In this document: positions 1 to 13,344 of the stretch, piece by piece
Layout of the letters: each line of letters begins with the position of its first letter
Position numbering within the stretch: the first letter of the stretch is position 1
NCBI GenBank assembly: GCA_050575255.1
Contig: JBNZDD010013720.1
Span: 7,262,303 to 7,326,302 of the forward strand
Origin: Harriotta raleighana
Taxonomy: Eukaryota
Direction: 5' to 3'
Length of the DNA stretch: 64,000 nucleotides
Translations under genes and position numbers: made by a program
Notes under the pieces: model-generated
What the model was told of the DNA's origin: nothing
Databases searched by the model: none
The model's input: the letters and a program-made list of their open reading frames with translations, nothing else

Positions 1-569
1 GGATCAATTTCGGGTCACCAGTCAGTGCTGCTGACTATTGCAAAAACAAAAATGCTTCAGTCAGATACAAATTCAACTCAGCATTTGAGATATCTCGATT
101 CATTCTTGACTCTACATTCAAGTAGATGTCCTGACATGAAAGGTGCTATACAAGTGTAATTTTATTGTTCAATAAAAACAATTACGGTAAATTCTTGTAG
201 GGCAATAGTTAGGATCGCTAAAATCCCAAGCAGTCTGATAACAACAATTGTGATTTATATAGCGCTCAGAACGGGGTATGATTGCTGATCAGTGTTACCA
301 TGTCATGATGTCTTCATTCACATGACTGGTGACATTATTCACAATGTACAGGAAGTTACATTGACATTGATTGATCTGATAATCTGGAAGTTGACCATGC
401 TTTTAGCTGGGACGTCCTTCCGATGTGAAAGGCACTTTACAAATGTAATTTGTTCTTGTTGTAGCTCTTGGGAAGCCAGCTGGTCTATGCAATCAAGCAA
501 CACAATTCTGGGTCTGGAGAAGTGCTGTCCAACCCATATTGACAAGTGGTGATACTTTAAAATAAAAAA

Positions 570-847
570 GCACTTGGGATTTGAATTCAGGCAGATCAGG
601 GCGAAACCTTGGTCAAGTGTCCTTACTCCACACCTGATAATAATCCGTCCAAAAAAACACAATAATAAAAAAAATTGGTTATTTAAATCCACGACTGTTT
701 GTGGGACACTGCTGTGCGCAATTGGCTGCCACGTTTTGCCCACAAACATACAGTCAATTCACTTTACAGTATATTGTGTGAAGCGCTTTGAGGCATTGAT
801 AAGATGTGAAAAGCGCTATATCAAATGCAAGGATTATTATTATTATA
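570..847 (+). mobile_element. tRNA-derived SINE (family A), 5'-eroded copy
   Basis: B-box-like GGATTTGAATTC, family body CCACGACTGTTTGTGGGACACTGCTGTGCGCAATTGGCTGCC, tail GTGAAGCGCTTTGAG...AAATGCAAGG(ATT)n; many similar copies in the window. Confidence 0.85.
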
Positions 848-1146
848 ATACATACAGAACATCGAACATATGTAATATACCATTTCGCACATTTTCTTTA
901 TAACAAAACATTTACAGCAGCAAAATGTTACTTCCATTAACCAGTTGAAAGTGTAATACTGCACTAATAATATGTCTATGTACATAATGCCACACAGTAT
1001 CAACTGGAACTCAAATTACACCACCTCAAAGGATGAAGGATATTATTTCCTAACGTAGTTAATAGAGTAAAACCTGACAATCATTGTCTTTGAGCATCAA
1101 TCTGTCTGAGCCATGAGAAGAGTGACTACCAGACAGAACTATGATA

Positions 1147-1479
1147 CAATAAAACCCCGATAATCCGACGTTCCAAAAGATGGCAACTCCCTATAACCCA
1201 CAAGATTTCAAAATACAGATAGTATAAATTTTTCCCAATGTCGGGCAAATCACCTGAAGTTCGGAACAGCTGCTTGCAGTTCATGCTGGAGCCGTTCTGT
1301 CATCCGGCACTATGGAAGGAGCTCGGGCATTGTTTGGCTTCAGTGCTGCATTTACAGCAACATGGTGTATAGGGGGGAGCTTCCCCAGCCATTCCTAGGG
1401 TTGTTTTCTACATGCCGGCAAACTCCGAAATCCAGGAGGCAAGTGGGCCCAAAAGTGCCGGATTATCTAGCTTTTATTG
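1147..1479 (+). mobile_element. Non-autonomous Tc1/mariner-superfamily (Tigger/pogo-like) MITE
   Basis: Left end TA|CAATAAAACCCCGATAATCCGAC; right end reverse complement CAATAAAAGCTAGATAATCCGGC, followed by CA (mutated TA); second copy at 25819-26188. Confidence 0.75.
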
Positions 1480-1569
1480 CATCAGGAACTGACAGCCAAC
1501 ACACAAGGGAAAGAAAACCTTATGTCTCAGGTATTGAACCAGCCATTCAGGATCAAGCAAAAGAATAAT

Positions 1570-1740
1570 AAAATTGGTCATTTCAATTCATGACTGATTG
1601 AGGCATACTGCTTTGCATAGTTGGCTGCTGTGTTTTGTCCCAAATGTACAGGCAATTCACTTTACAGTGTATCTGTGAAGCACTTTGTGACATCTGGAAG
1701 ATGTGAAAAGCGCTATATCAAATGTAAGTATTATTATTAA
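1570..1740 (+). mobile_element. SINE family A, 3' half
   Basis: Family body and (TTA)n tail. Confidence 0.75.
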
Positions 1741-2239
1741 GAATGGACAAGCAGAATATGTACTGCTGATGTGATATATCCATGATTTGGCAATAAATCT
1801 GCACTGTAACATGTACAGAAAACATATGTCTCAGGTCACATGAAGTAAGTGATTTTGCACTCTGCATTCTATTTCTTATGTGAGATATAAGTTGATCCAT
1901 CAAGAAATTGGCCTCTGGTTTAGACAGCCCTGGTCAAAAGGCTACCACATTATAAGCTTGTTGATTTATGGATCTTACCTTGGCATTTTTCTTTAGCTAC
2001 TAAAATGCCTTCATCATTCCCTTGAGCGATTTCAACACTGACCTAGTGAGTGACCACCATCCAGCTTCAACGACAGTCCCCTGAATACATTCACCCGATA
2101 CTCCGGAATTGCCACAACCAGGGAAGCTACAATGGGGCAAATACTTCTCTATATTCTCCTTTATAATTTTCAGCACCTTAGGACGTTGTTTATTAGTCGT
2201 GTGCTGTTGGGTGCAGTATCTTTGACATGACTTCATGTG

Positions 2240-2450
2240 AGGTGACGGAAGAGCGAGGCAAAGGAACTGTGGGATGGAGTTCCAGATAATGGTAGTAGAT
2301 AGACTGAGTTAAGAAGTTCGTCAAGCAAAGAATTGGTGAGGTCCAGCCTGTAAATGGTGAAGCATGTATAGGGGACTCTGATGCCCATCGGGGAGATATA
2401 ACAACGGAGGTAGGGAATGTTGTGAAGGTAGGGCAAAGCTTGCTGCTTCC
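2240..2450 (-). mobile_element. Old L2 LINE fragment
   Basis: Minus strand reads RLDLTNSLL-like and CTCTGGAACTCCATCCCACAG (LWNSIPQ), as in the younger L2 copies. Confidence 0.5.
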
Positions 2451-2504
2451 TGTATTATACAATTCAATTGCTGATCGAGGAATATCATTTTATCTATTAA
2501 AAAA

Positions 2505-2650
2505 AAGTAATACTATTCCTTGTATTTGATATAGCGTTTTCCATGTCTTCTACTGTTTCAAAGCGCTTCATGGAATATACTGTAAAGTGAATTGAGTATA
2601 CATTTATGGGTGAAATGCGGCAGCCAATTGCACACAGCAGTGTTCCACAA
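2505..2650 (-). mobile_element. SINE family A, 3' half
   Basis: Reverse-complement match to family tail and body. Confidence 0.75.
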
Positions 2651-3767
2651 ATTAAAACAGATTGTTCCTATATTATCGCGTATAGCAACTTTTATCCCCA
2701 CATCCAGAAAGAATGTTGTTCTAAACTTCTTTTGGAGTTAATTCATACTGTCCAAATCTCAGTTGGTTCTTGGTCCCTCTGGGTAAGTTGGGGGGAACAG
2801 CAATCATGTTCCTGTTTTACCGAAACAACCACAAAGTAAATGCATATATCAGCAAACTCCAAGTTTATCAATTGACTTTTCTTGTGAAAAATTGGACTCT
2901 TCGCCCACAAATATACAGTCTACTTTCCTTCTTCCCACCATGACCCCTCCCTCCTTGCTCTGGTCCCTACCTTGGGATGTTGTTGTATTCTGTGAAGCGC
3001 TTTGAGACTTCGATAAGATGTGGAAAGTGCTATATAAAAGTAAGGATTATTATTATTGTTCACAAGTTGTGCTTACATTTGCTGAGACATCTTAATGAAT
3101 CAGGAACCTGAGACAAGGGGTAGGTTTGAGCAGGGTCAGCTTGTGGGATGCTGGGAACTTGTTCTTCACAGAAGCCAGAAGCAGCTACATAAGAACTGAT
3201 CAGGTAATCAAAAATACTATTCTGAATATCCTCTTGAATTCCACTTAAATTCTTTAATTAAAGAGATAATGATTTATCTGGCAATGTGTGTTCTTGACCC
3301 ATTTCTATTGTCATTATTTCAGATAAGTTTAGATCGGCAAAGTTGTTATAACCAGTCGAACTATTTTGTCACTGTTATGCAAAAAAACTTTCTTGTTTGA
3401 AAATGTTCTCTGGTCCAGAACTCTCCAAAGACTCAATTCAACTGATGGAGAATCTCATTAATATTGGCACATTATGTACTGCAATATCTATATACAGTAA
3501 ATATATATCCCATTGAAAGGATAATTTCAAATTGCTTGCAAAAGTAATTAGAAGCAGAAAATAATATTTGATATGGAATTACTGATGGGAACTGTGAAGA
3601 GAGAACTGTGCTAGCGCAACTCAGAGTGCGCTCATAGCCTCCTACCTGCACCAATGCAGTGAGCCATAAGTGTTTGACTATATTAAGATGCTTAAGAGGT
3701 GTGGTACATATTGTAATACCCAGAAACTTTGAAAAGGGCACTTTTGTCTAAAGCCCAAATGAATTTT

Positions 3768-3975
3768 AATAATAGTAATAATCCTTGCATTTGATATAGT
3801 GCTTTTCACAACTTATCGACGGCTCAAAGTGCTTCACAGAATATATTGTAAAGTTAATTAACTGTATATTTGTGGGCAAAACGCGGCAGCCAATTGCGCA
3901 CAGTAGTATCCCACAAACAGTCGTGGATTGAAATGACCAATTTTATTATTGTGGTTTTTTCCAATGGATTATTAT
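3768..3975 (-). mobile_element. SINE family A, 3' two-thirds
   Basis: CAGCCAATTGCGCACAGTAGTATCCCACAAACAGTCGTGG on plus; (TAA)n tail. Confidence 0.85.
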
Positions 3976-4834
3976 TTATTATATAAACACAAACATATGT
4001 ATATATCTGTGCATTGTGTTTAGTCATTTATTAATTGAATATTACATAAACATTGTAATTGTGTATACTCACAATTTTTATTACAATTCTGCTAAAAAGA
4101 GAGTGCTGTTGATTAAAAATCATTTGGTGATCTTTGTGATAAGCAAGTTCACTTTCAATTAACAGACTGGAATTTCGGGGCAAAACCTCCTCCTCACACT
4201 ACCATGTATAAATGTTGTCTAGATGTTGTACTATGTTGGATTTCAAAAACTTGTTTTCGTTTAAATAATAATAATTAGTACTATTCCTGATATTTAATAT
4301 GATGGCGAGAGCGCTAACAATTCTCAAACAAACCTTACAGGGAATTATTGTCAAATATAGTGTTTGTTTATTTGTAGGGAAATGTGACAACTAAGAAATG
4401 AATTTACATTTTACCTGGAAGATTGTTGAATTAGGACCCTGGGAATAGATCACTTCTCATTTTGAAGAATGTTGTAGGAACTTTAACATCTCCCTGAATA
4501 TGTAGCTGGAACCTTGGATTAATCCCAAGGCAGACACCTCTGACAATGCGGTACTACACCAGAATTAGAATATCAACCAGGTCTTGAGTGTAAACGCCAA
4601 GTTACTGGGTGTGTGAGGTATGTTTTCCCATCTGATTGCCTGTAAATTTACCAACCTGTCAGGCTATTTGGTCTTTTTCATTATCCATTGATAAATGGGA
4701 GAATCACCTGAAAAGTCTGTTATGTGTTTGTTTCACAACTGCCAAAGTTTTACTCGTAGTGTAATACAGTATATTGTTCCTCTTACATGTTACTTGATTG
4801 TTTTTGTACCTCTATGAACTGACAGCAAGAAAAT

Positions 4835-5110
4835 CCTCCAATGGCTTAGTGAGTAAATGCCCTGCTGTTTTGATAATGAGAAAACAGAGCAATGGACTCT
4901 CAAGTTCAGTCCCTGATTTGTACTGACTTGTTGGATCCCAACCAGTGTAGTAACTAACATATAATTAGGAGCCTTGGTGCCTCAGCTTTATCTGTCACTT
5001 TGCCAGCTCCTGTTTCCAAACCAATGATTCCTGCTTGACAATGCATGGAACAGGTGGGAACAGGATTAGTTTTGGTTATTACACTTTCCCGTGGTGAAAT
5101 AACGTGTTTT
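4835..5110 (+). mobile_element. Ancient tRNA-headed SINE-like repeat (family B)
   Basis: Head ATGGCTTAGTGAGTAAATGC...CAAGTTCAGTCCCTG; diverged relatives near 8590-8760, 10905-11235, 18555-18860, 36950-37160, 38590-38900 and 47940-48250. Confidence 0.5.
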
Positions 5111-7029
5111 TAGGCTGGTTCATTTCCTGCTCACACTCCAATTCAGTGTTTCGGACGGCTGTTTTGTCAGTGGTATTGCCCTTCAGGTGAGAAATTAAAC
5201 CAAGGTCCTGCATGTTCAGGTGGATGTTAATGGCGCTGCTTGAAAAGAGAAGTTTCTCCCTGGATCTGCTATCTTTTTATTCTGAACAATTCTCAACAGG
5301 ACTTAACAATTAATAGTGAGAAACAGGTTATACATTTAACCACATCTTTTATTTCTGTAATTCTGTGCACAGGTAATTCCTTTTGGAGGAATTATATAGG
5401 GGTTTCCATTCTATCAAATGCAAGGATTATTATCACGACTAGTTCCATGTGGTCTTGTTTATTAAAGTCCATGTGGATGATCATGCTGAGTGCATTTGTG
5501 CTTATACTTAAGACCACTTTCAGTCAATGTCTCTGGATAAACACAGAGAAAATTTATTTCAAATTTCAGAGAATTCTGACATTGGGAATTGTTAAATGAA
5601 ACGTTTAACAGGTTAACATTCACCTAAGGCTGCTTTTCCACTTAAGGTAAGGTTGCTGAAGCATAAGGTCATGTGAAGTGCAATCAGGCAGTCGTTTATG
5701 AACTGCAGCTTCTTAGCAACAGGGAGCACATATTATGATATCAACCACACAGAAGATTGGCACTTGAGCAGATTATTTTGATACAGCCACTTAATTTGTG
5801 TCTGCAATTATGATCATTATTTTTTTCCATTTCAAAATTGCCCTGGTAGGTGTTACTGAGCTGATTCATCATTGTGTTTCATGAACAGTCCTTTTGGACC
5901 CTTCAAATCATTCTCTGCGCACTCCTTTTTGAGTGCTCTGGTACTTCACAATTGAAAACAGTTCTCTTTGGTGATGAGAAGAATATGCAACAGTGTATGC
6001 TTTGTATTGCTTATTTATAATGCAGCTCTCACAGGGTTCCTAGTTTTGTTTATCATTCCTGATGTTCAAGATGCATAAATGCTGACTGACCTCAGTTGTC
6101 AAGTAGGTATCAGCATCACCATTTATCATTAGCTGGGCTTTTCATTGTATTGTGTCACTGAATAAGCAGTGACTCAGGATTCAGGCTTTCGCTGACTCAT
6201 GTTTAATGTACTTGGGTCTCTCTGCACACAGAGAAGGGGAAGTAAAGTGCTCTGACAGCAAGGCCACATCGAGCATATTGTTGATATCGCCCGGGAGAAC
6301 AATATTCAAACAGAGCATCAATACACCTTGAAAGGATTTTGTTTAAAGCACATATACCAAAACATTTACTTAAATAAACAAATAAGTAATTGAAAAGAAG
6401 CCTTAAATTGATTTTACTCTTCTGAAGCTCGAAATAAAATGTTGCAAAGATTAGAGGGATGTAACATTGCCATTAGAACTGTCAGCATCAAGTCCGTCGA
6501 TTCTTTTGAAATGTGCCATTTTGTTCCACGGACACAAATCATTTTTACAAGCTTGAGCTAAGTGATTGTGATACATTAGCTCACAATATTACTCAGTTAA
6601 GGCATTAAATTGCTTTTACCCCTAAGTTAACATGGAAAACAATATTTATCCATAAAAATGGATATGTGGGGAAAATTTGATCTACATCAAAATTTATTCT
6701 ATCTATGTAGCATGTTAGAGCATCCAGTATTTGGCAAATTCTTAAATACAGCCTTAATTGTCTGGTTTTGTGTATTAAGAACTACAAAAATCCAGCTTTA
6801 AAGTTAATACTGAATTCAATCGTTTACAAGATGTTTACCAAATTAAGTCTAATTTAGTGTCACTGTTAGCAGCTTTCAAAAACCATGAAATGGACAAAGG
6901 TTAAAGGGATTTCAAATCCCATACCTATTTCTGGGGATTTAAAAAAAAGGTTTTATTTACCATTGGCATTGTCGAAAAATTTGCTGAAATGGCACTAAAA
7001 TGTATTCCAGTGTGAGAGAACCCATTTAA

Positions 7030-7480
7030 TATACTCATTGGAAATATCTCAAGGGAGAAGCAACTCAGAAAAAACAGTAATCAGAGCTGCCAATGTTTTG
7101 GGTAAGGTGAATAAGGTATTGCATAGCTTTATGAAGATAATAACTCGAATGAGAGTTCATAATTAACAGGTTTAGCTTAAAAAAATTAGATATATTTTCA
7201 AAGGAATAACAACAGTTTTACTAGAGGGCCGAGTAGAAGTCTTCACAATTCTGAAAGGTTAGTTTGTAAAACAGTAACTACAAGCATATAATGTAATCAG
7301 GATTGGTGTTGGAAGTGGAAGGTTAGGAGAAACATTTTTTTGGCAAGAATTGTTAAACATGGAATGTTCTAACAACACCTACATAAAAATAATAAATAAT
7401 TGTTGAGATTGATACCAAAATCACAATTAAAGGGGAAGTGGATCAAAATTTTAAAAAGAACAACATAAAAGAGTATGATC
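7030..7480 (+). mobile_element. Highly decayed CR1 LINE 3' region
   Basis: AGAGGG..AGTAGAAGTCTTCACAATTCTGAAAGG and GGAGAAACATTTTTTTGGCAAGAATTGTTAAACATGGAAT resemble the 50617-51427 copy. Confidence 0.5.
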
Positions 7481-10121
7481 AGAAGCTTCACAATTAGGAT
7501 GAGAGTAGTTAGCATCAGGGGAACACCTGGTGCTGGATGAAGTTTTGAGAATATTGGGCAGGATTTTCTCTGATTCCAGAGAGCTGCTGAAAGATGTGTT
7601 AACTCAGACATGTTTGCAGTGATAAATTTGTTTGTTTTTTCACTGTCTTTTCCAATGTCAGTTTCTGGAGATTTTCTGTTTTATTTCCACCCTTAACTAT
7701 ATCAATTACACCCAGTAAATGTGTGTTTGATTTCAACAAAGTCTGTCAGATTGAATGAGAAATTAATGTCCAAATCACAAGCTCGTGAAGTCCCAAAAGG
7801 CCAGACAGAAAATCTTGTCACAAAAACCTTTTGAGACACTCTTTATGTGGATGAAATTTTTAGGAGAAGCGTCTTTCCTGTGTCCCCAGAAGCCTGCTTC
7901 TTTTGATACAACATTGATGTTGTTGATCACTCAGGAGTCAAAAGTCATGTAGAGCCAAGAGTGAGTTCAGCACCTGAAAAGTGAGGAACAAGCAGATCCA
8001 GCAGCCCTTTCATTAAACATTTATAAACATCAAAATGTTGCAGGATAGAGGTTTGAAAGCTGAGTGTATGTTAGTTTCATGCAGCACTGTAAACAGATCA
8101 ATGATTTCTCCATAACTGAGGAAAGAAAAGGTATATTTATATCCAACTTTGTTTATTGACTATTTGAGCCAAAATAATCGAAGACTGCACTCGCACTGCA
8201 GTGTTTGTTATAATGTGGTGATGTACATTGCACGGGGTGGGGAGAAAGATCAGCTAGGATTCTTTTTTGAATCACTATGCAGAAAGATGATAAATAGTGA
8301 AAGTAAACCAATAAACAATACATTAATTATAACAAGCCAGCAAAACAAGAGGGTAGCAGGAGCTTATTGCTGTGGAGAGCAATACACAAATGCAGTCTAA
8401 TCAGCAGATGGAATGGATCAACTGAAATTGTGATAAAAATGAGGTCATTAGACTCATTTATATAACAGTTTAATCCTATAATGGGAAGGTTACAGATATT
8501 CTGGGAGGGTACGATCAGATTGACTGCAGGATATCTTACATGTGAAGCTCCTTGTGATCATGTGAACCTTTTGCCAGAAAGTGGAAGGAAATGTCGACCT
8601 TTGCCTGAAAATAGAATTGTGCTCAGCTGTGAAGTCGGTGCCTTCAAACACTCACTGTCTAAGCTCCAACTTAAATCGAGAATGAGCACTTGGGTGAAGT
8701 AGTGGAAGATAGCCTGCTACCCTGGCAGGAGCCAATATCATGATGGAAAGAGAGAGAAATGAATTGAACTGTAAAAATATTTATGGTGGGCTTTAAAGGA
8801 AATGTAAATCTTAAACATTGCTAATAGCATTTCATTGTAAATGTGTTTTCATGTTGAGTCTGACAAGGTCTATGAGTCCTTTTGTAGATCTTATTAACCG
8901 AAACTGACACGTTCATTTTACAGACCTTACCACTGAGAGGGTAATGGAAGTGGAGAGTGGATTCCTGGTAATTACTTTTATAATTGGATTCTACACAAAC
9001 TTTGTTAAACTGATGTGATCAGGGGAAAAGGCGACACCACAGTGAAACTGCCCTGATTTCCCTTGTTTAAGTTGCCACTTGTTGTGAGGCCACTTTTCTT
9101 TTTTTATATTAAAAAAATCAGAACTACTCTATTAAAGGGACATTATCTTTATTAATAAATAACTTTAATAATTTATTATTGTATCTTTTGCCCTCCCCAA
9201 ATAGTCAATTCACTGAGCAGTATAGTCTGTGAAGAGCTTTGGGACATCTTGAAGATATGATGAGGTGATATACCAAATGCATGGACTAATTACAGTATTA
9301 TTAAAACAAATGTTTGGAACATATTTTTTTCAAAAGTAAAGTTGGGCGATACAGCCATCCTAATGAATGTCACAGAACATGGAAGAATTTGTCTCAAGTG
9401 CTTATTGAAGCATAAATTTAAAGGGATGTGTAGTTGAAACAAAATAGTATGAAACATTATGAGGAAAGAGCAAGGAATTGGATTGTAGACTGGATAGTGC
9501 CAACTGGCACCAGAGTAAACTCAGACAGATTAAAAACTGAGACCTATCTTGTAATTTCAATACAAGTGATTTGGATATACAATATTTTACATTATTCTGG
9601 TACATTAATAAACGGATTCGAAAAGGTTTTCTAAACAGTTTTTGTTTTTGCTGAGGACACTGTATCTTCAACAACAATTCCAATAAAGAACTCTGTCAAA
9701 TTTAAATTTAAATCGGAAAGTGGCAATGTTTTTTCTTATTAACTTTTTGGAAGAATCACAAATCATTTTTATTAGTTGTTGCAATCCTAATTAAGCAGAT
9801 ATGCTGGCTGTGGGACCTTTATGTTTTGGATATCTGTGAAAATCTGATAAATGATTTGTATTATTAAAAAATCTTTAACTCTTGGATCACCTTTTACATT
9901 GTTAACTTTCTTCTCTCTGCAATCAATACCCAACTCCAGGTACTGTATATATTGTAAGTGATTCAACTCATTCTTTGAGATTTTGTTAGCAAGCCTTGTC
10001 TCTTTAATTAAAGCAATGGAGGAAAGATTAAGTATATTTGTTTTCTAATTGCTTACAACAAAGTGAGGAAATGAGAATTTTTAAAAAATACATTACTAAG
10101 CACACTAATGTAGGCTAATAC

Positions 10122-10417
10122 AATAAAAATCTTTGCATTTGATACAATGCTTTTTCACATCTATATATCTCAAAGTGCTTCTCAGAATATATTGTAAAGT
10201 GAATTAACTGTATATTTTGTGGGTGAAACACAGCAGCCAATTTGACACAGCAGCATCCCACAAACAGTCGTGGATTGAAATGTCCAATTTTTTTTTTTGA
10301 GGGGTTATTATCAGGAGTGTGGTGTAAAGAAACTTGCCCAAGGTATCACCCTGCCTGGAATTGAATCCAGGTCTCTCACTTACAAAGCAAGTGCTCTAAC
10401 CACTGAGCTACAGGACT
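10122..10417 (-). mobile_element. SINE family A, near full length
   Basis: Minus strand AGTCCTGTAGCTCAGTGGTTAGAGCACTTGC (A box) ... GGATTCAATTCC (B box), then body and tail. Confidence 0.9.
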
Positions 10418-10904
10418 GCTGAACAATAGCAACAAATTACACTTTTATACCGTGCTTTACATCGGAAAGACGTTCCAGGATCCTGGCCAGTCAGGGTGTT
10501 CAGGTTTGCTAATGGGGAGCTAGTGGAGCCTGGCAAGAACCGGTGTGATACTGGGGGTACCAAGTTCAGTGCCAGTGGGGATGTGGAGATGGAGTTCATA
10601 CTAAGCAGTTCCTTTTATTCTTGCTTTCTTACCCATACCCTTCAGAAATTATCATAACATACATTTCTCAGTTGCTTTACATTTGAGTAATAATGATAAT
10701 CCTTATTCTTAATAAATAACACCATATCATATCTCACTGTACTTCACAGAATTTTACAGTGAAGTGTAGTAACTATGTATTTTGGGTACTTTAGATAATA
10801 AGCACAAATTGAGAATTGTGGATAAAGTGCAATGTAGGTCACATCTGAACGATTGTTAGAATGTTGACTTTTTTAATGTTACTGTACTTTATTCTTCAAT
10901 ATAA

Positions 10905-11235
10905 GTTTTCTTTCTCTCCGATTCCTGAAGTTTTCCACATCATTATCTAACGACATGTGTACAGTTTCATGGTGGTTGTTATTGATCGGAGTCTTGACAA
11001 GCGGTGTATCTCAGTATGACAGCTGAGCCTAATCCTGCTTCCACCAAAATATTCACCCACATGCACTTTCATCAGGTTGATCAGAAGTAGCAAACCTGTC
11101 TTTATTTTCTTAACTTAGAGGATTCAAGCAATTGTATGAAACCTGAACCTGAGGTTTGCAAACTCAGAACAGAGTATGATTTGAACCTGGAACTTTCCCA
11201 TCTGTGCAGCAGCGGCTTTGACACTAGGCCATCCA
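10905..11235 (-). mobile_element. Ancient SINE-like repeat (family B)
   Basis: Minus-strand head GGATGGCCTAGTG...CCAGGTTCAAATC; body resembles 4835-5110. Confidence 0.5.
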
Positions 11236-11554
11236 CAGGGATGATGGGGTTGGAGTATAAATGTGTGTATGGCTCTGTTTTGTTTGTGCTGCTGGTCCTA
11301 TTGCAGAACAGCTGAGTGACCCAAAGATACCTGCTGTTTATCGTTCAGCACTTCATCAGCTGTGGCTGACCTTTTTCCGTGTAAAGAACATGCATCTTTG
11401 GAAATGTAAGACCCGCTTGCTGTCCACTGTCTGCCTTTTTGTGAAGTTGATTCCTCCTTGAATGTTTAAATAGCTGAATTTATTTTGTGAAATCCTAATT
11501 TTCATGGATGGGAGACGGAAGTATTTCCTATATAATACATATATTATATATATT

Positions 11555-11630
11555 TGGACGGCTCTTTTCAAAGAGCTAGCACAGACATGATGGGCCGAAT
11601 GGCCTCTTTCCATATTGTGTGATTCTATGA
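11555..11630 (+). mobile_element. CR1 3' terminus
   Basis: AGAGCTAGCACAGACATGATGGGCCGAATGGCCTC...GATTCTATGA; same tail at about 22178-22240, 57160-57222 and 57640-57700. Confidence 0.7.
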
Positions 11631-12294
11631 TATAATCTTGTGTCCTTATGAGTGGCTCATGTACCAAAATCAAGCATGTCCACCAGGAGACTCTATCATT
11701 GTTTCTATAAAACAACTTGCATATACAGAGTGCCCTCCATTGCAGAGTGCGTCTCAGAGCAAGTACATTGACTGCCAGGTATGCTGAGCAGTTAAATCCC
11801 TGAATACCAGTGTTCAATATAAAACTGGCATGAATCATGCATTATGTAGTTTGCAAATGATTTCAATGTTGCTGTGCATGCTGTAGCAGTTGGGTATGAG
11901 GTTTTGTTAGCTGTTTGGTAGTTCTATCCCTAATTCTAGCCATCCAAGTTACTATTGCATAATTCACGAACAGTTACTTTTCACCAAATACCACACTACA
12001 CGTATCCATACAATACATATTCTGGTAAACCTTAGTCTGCTTTGGGATATCCTCCCAATCTGAAAGGTGCTGCAGTATATAATGTAAATTTGTATTGTTT
12101 TGATGCAGGAACTTCTCAAAGACAATTGAGTCAATGGGTGGGTTTTAATAATAACACTTGCATTTGATGTAGCACATACAATGATGATAATGTCAACAAG
12201 AACCACAATAAATTGCATTTGTATAGTACTTTTCTCGTCTGGAGGATGACCCAGAGGGCGCTGAAGCATCAAGGGTTTGCAACCAAGCTAGTGA

Positions 12295-12650
12295 TTGGAA
12301 AGTGTTTCACAAAGATTCTGTAAATTGTACCAGCTGAGAATGTTTTGTAGGCAAACACAGTAGTGAATTTGCCCACAGCAATGTCCTACAAATGGCTATG
12401 AAATGAATGACCAATTTTGTCTCAGGATTGTTGGCTCAGACACCCAGAAACTCCTTTCCCTTTTTTAACATTTACACCCAGCTGAATAACAGACAGGATC
12501 TAAGTGTAACATCTCATTTGAAAGACAGAATCTCTAAAAACTTGCTTTTTCTAGCTCTGCATTGGAGGATGAGCTGCAAGTCTTAACAAGAGGCTTGAAC
12601 CCACAACCAATTACATAGAGGTGAGAGTACTAGTTATTGAGCCCAATTGG
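12295..12650 (-). mobile_element. Decayed Deu-domain SINE (SacSINE1/AmnSINE1-like)
   Basis: GGCTTGAACCCACAACC head, AACATCTCATTTGAAAGACAG core and GCCCACAGCAATGTCCTACAAA tail on plus match the recalled DeuSINE layout. Confidence 0.6.
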
Positions 12651-13344
12651 TAACTGTCTTTATAACCAGCATCTACGGTATTTTGTGTTTTGTTTATAAC
12701 TAGGGTGTTTTTCTCGTAAAACTGCTATCTTAAAACAATAGACTCCAAACAACTATTTCTGTAAATCTGTATCTTACATGTCACACAATGTTGGATTATT
12801 GGCTAATCAGTATTTAGTTGCACTTTTAATCACTAAAATATTACTTAGAATCACACATTTTAGAATAAATCCGGTGAAGTATTTTGAGGCGTTTCAACAA
12901 CTTGATAAGGTGCTATGTCACATGCAAGGATTATTTTTATAATTTAGATTTGAAATAATCAACTTTAAGGGATTAAATGAACTGGAATTTTTTTTAAATG
13001 AAGTTTTGATTGATCCAGTTAAACTTCCCCCACCACCCCCTCCACAAATTATAGCCAGTAAGGAGAGGAGAGTTTCATCCTAAAGTCTGTGTTGGTGTTA
13101 AATTGAGATTTCCCAAGCCTGCACCTCTCTTCAGTCAAGTTTTGTTCCATCCTGGAAGAAAATCCCATCCAGGGAAGTGAATGATCAATTTTATCTTGGG
13201 GTTGTCCATAGCAGTAGATGATTAAAACTCAGGTCTCCCAGTGGAAGACATCTCGTTTACCTGTCATTTGGAGTTTACTAAAGTGTGACTGGAGGCAAAA
13301 TGAATACAGTAACTGCAGAGGGATAATACAGTAACATGATAATC

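Noticed and set aside
10340-10417. tRNA gene
   Set aside because: The A and B boxes belong to a SINE head that continues into the SINE body; no complete cloverleaf. The same applies at 32650-32730 and 45250-45315.
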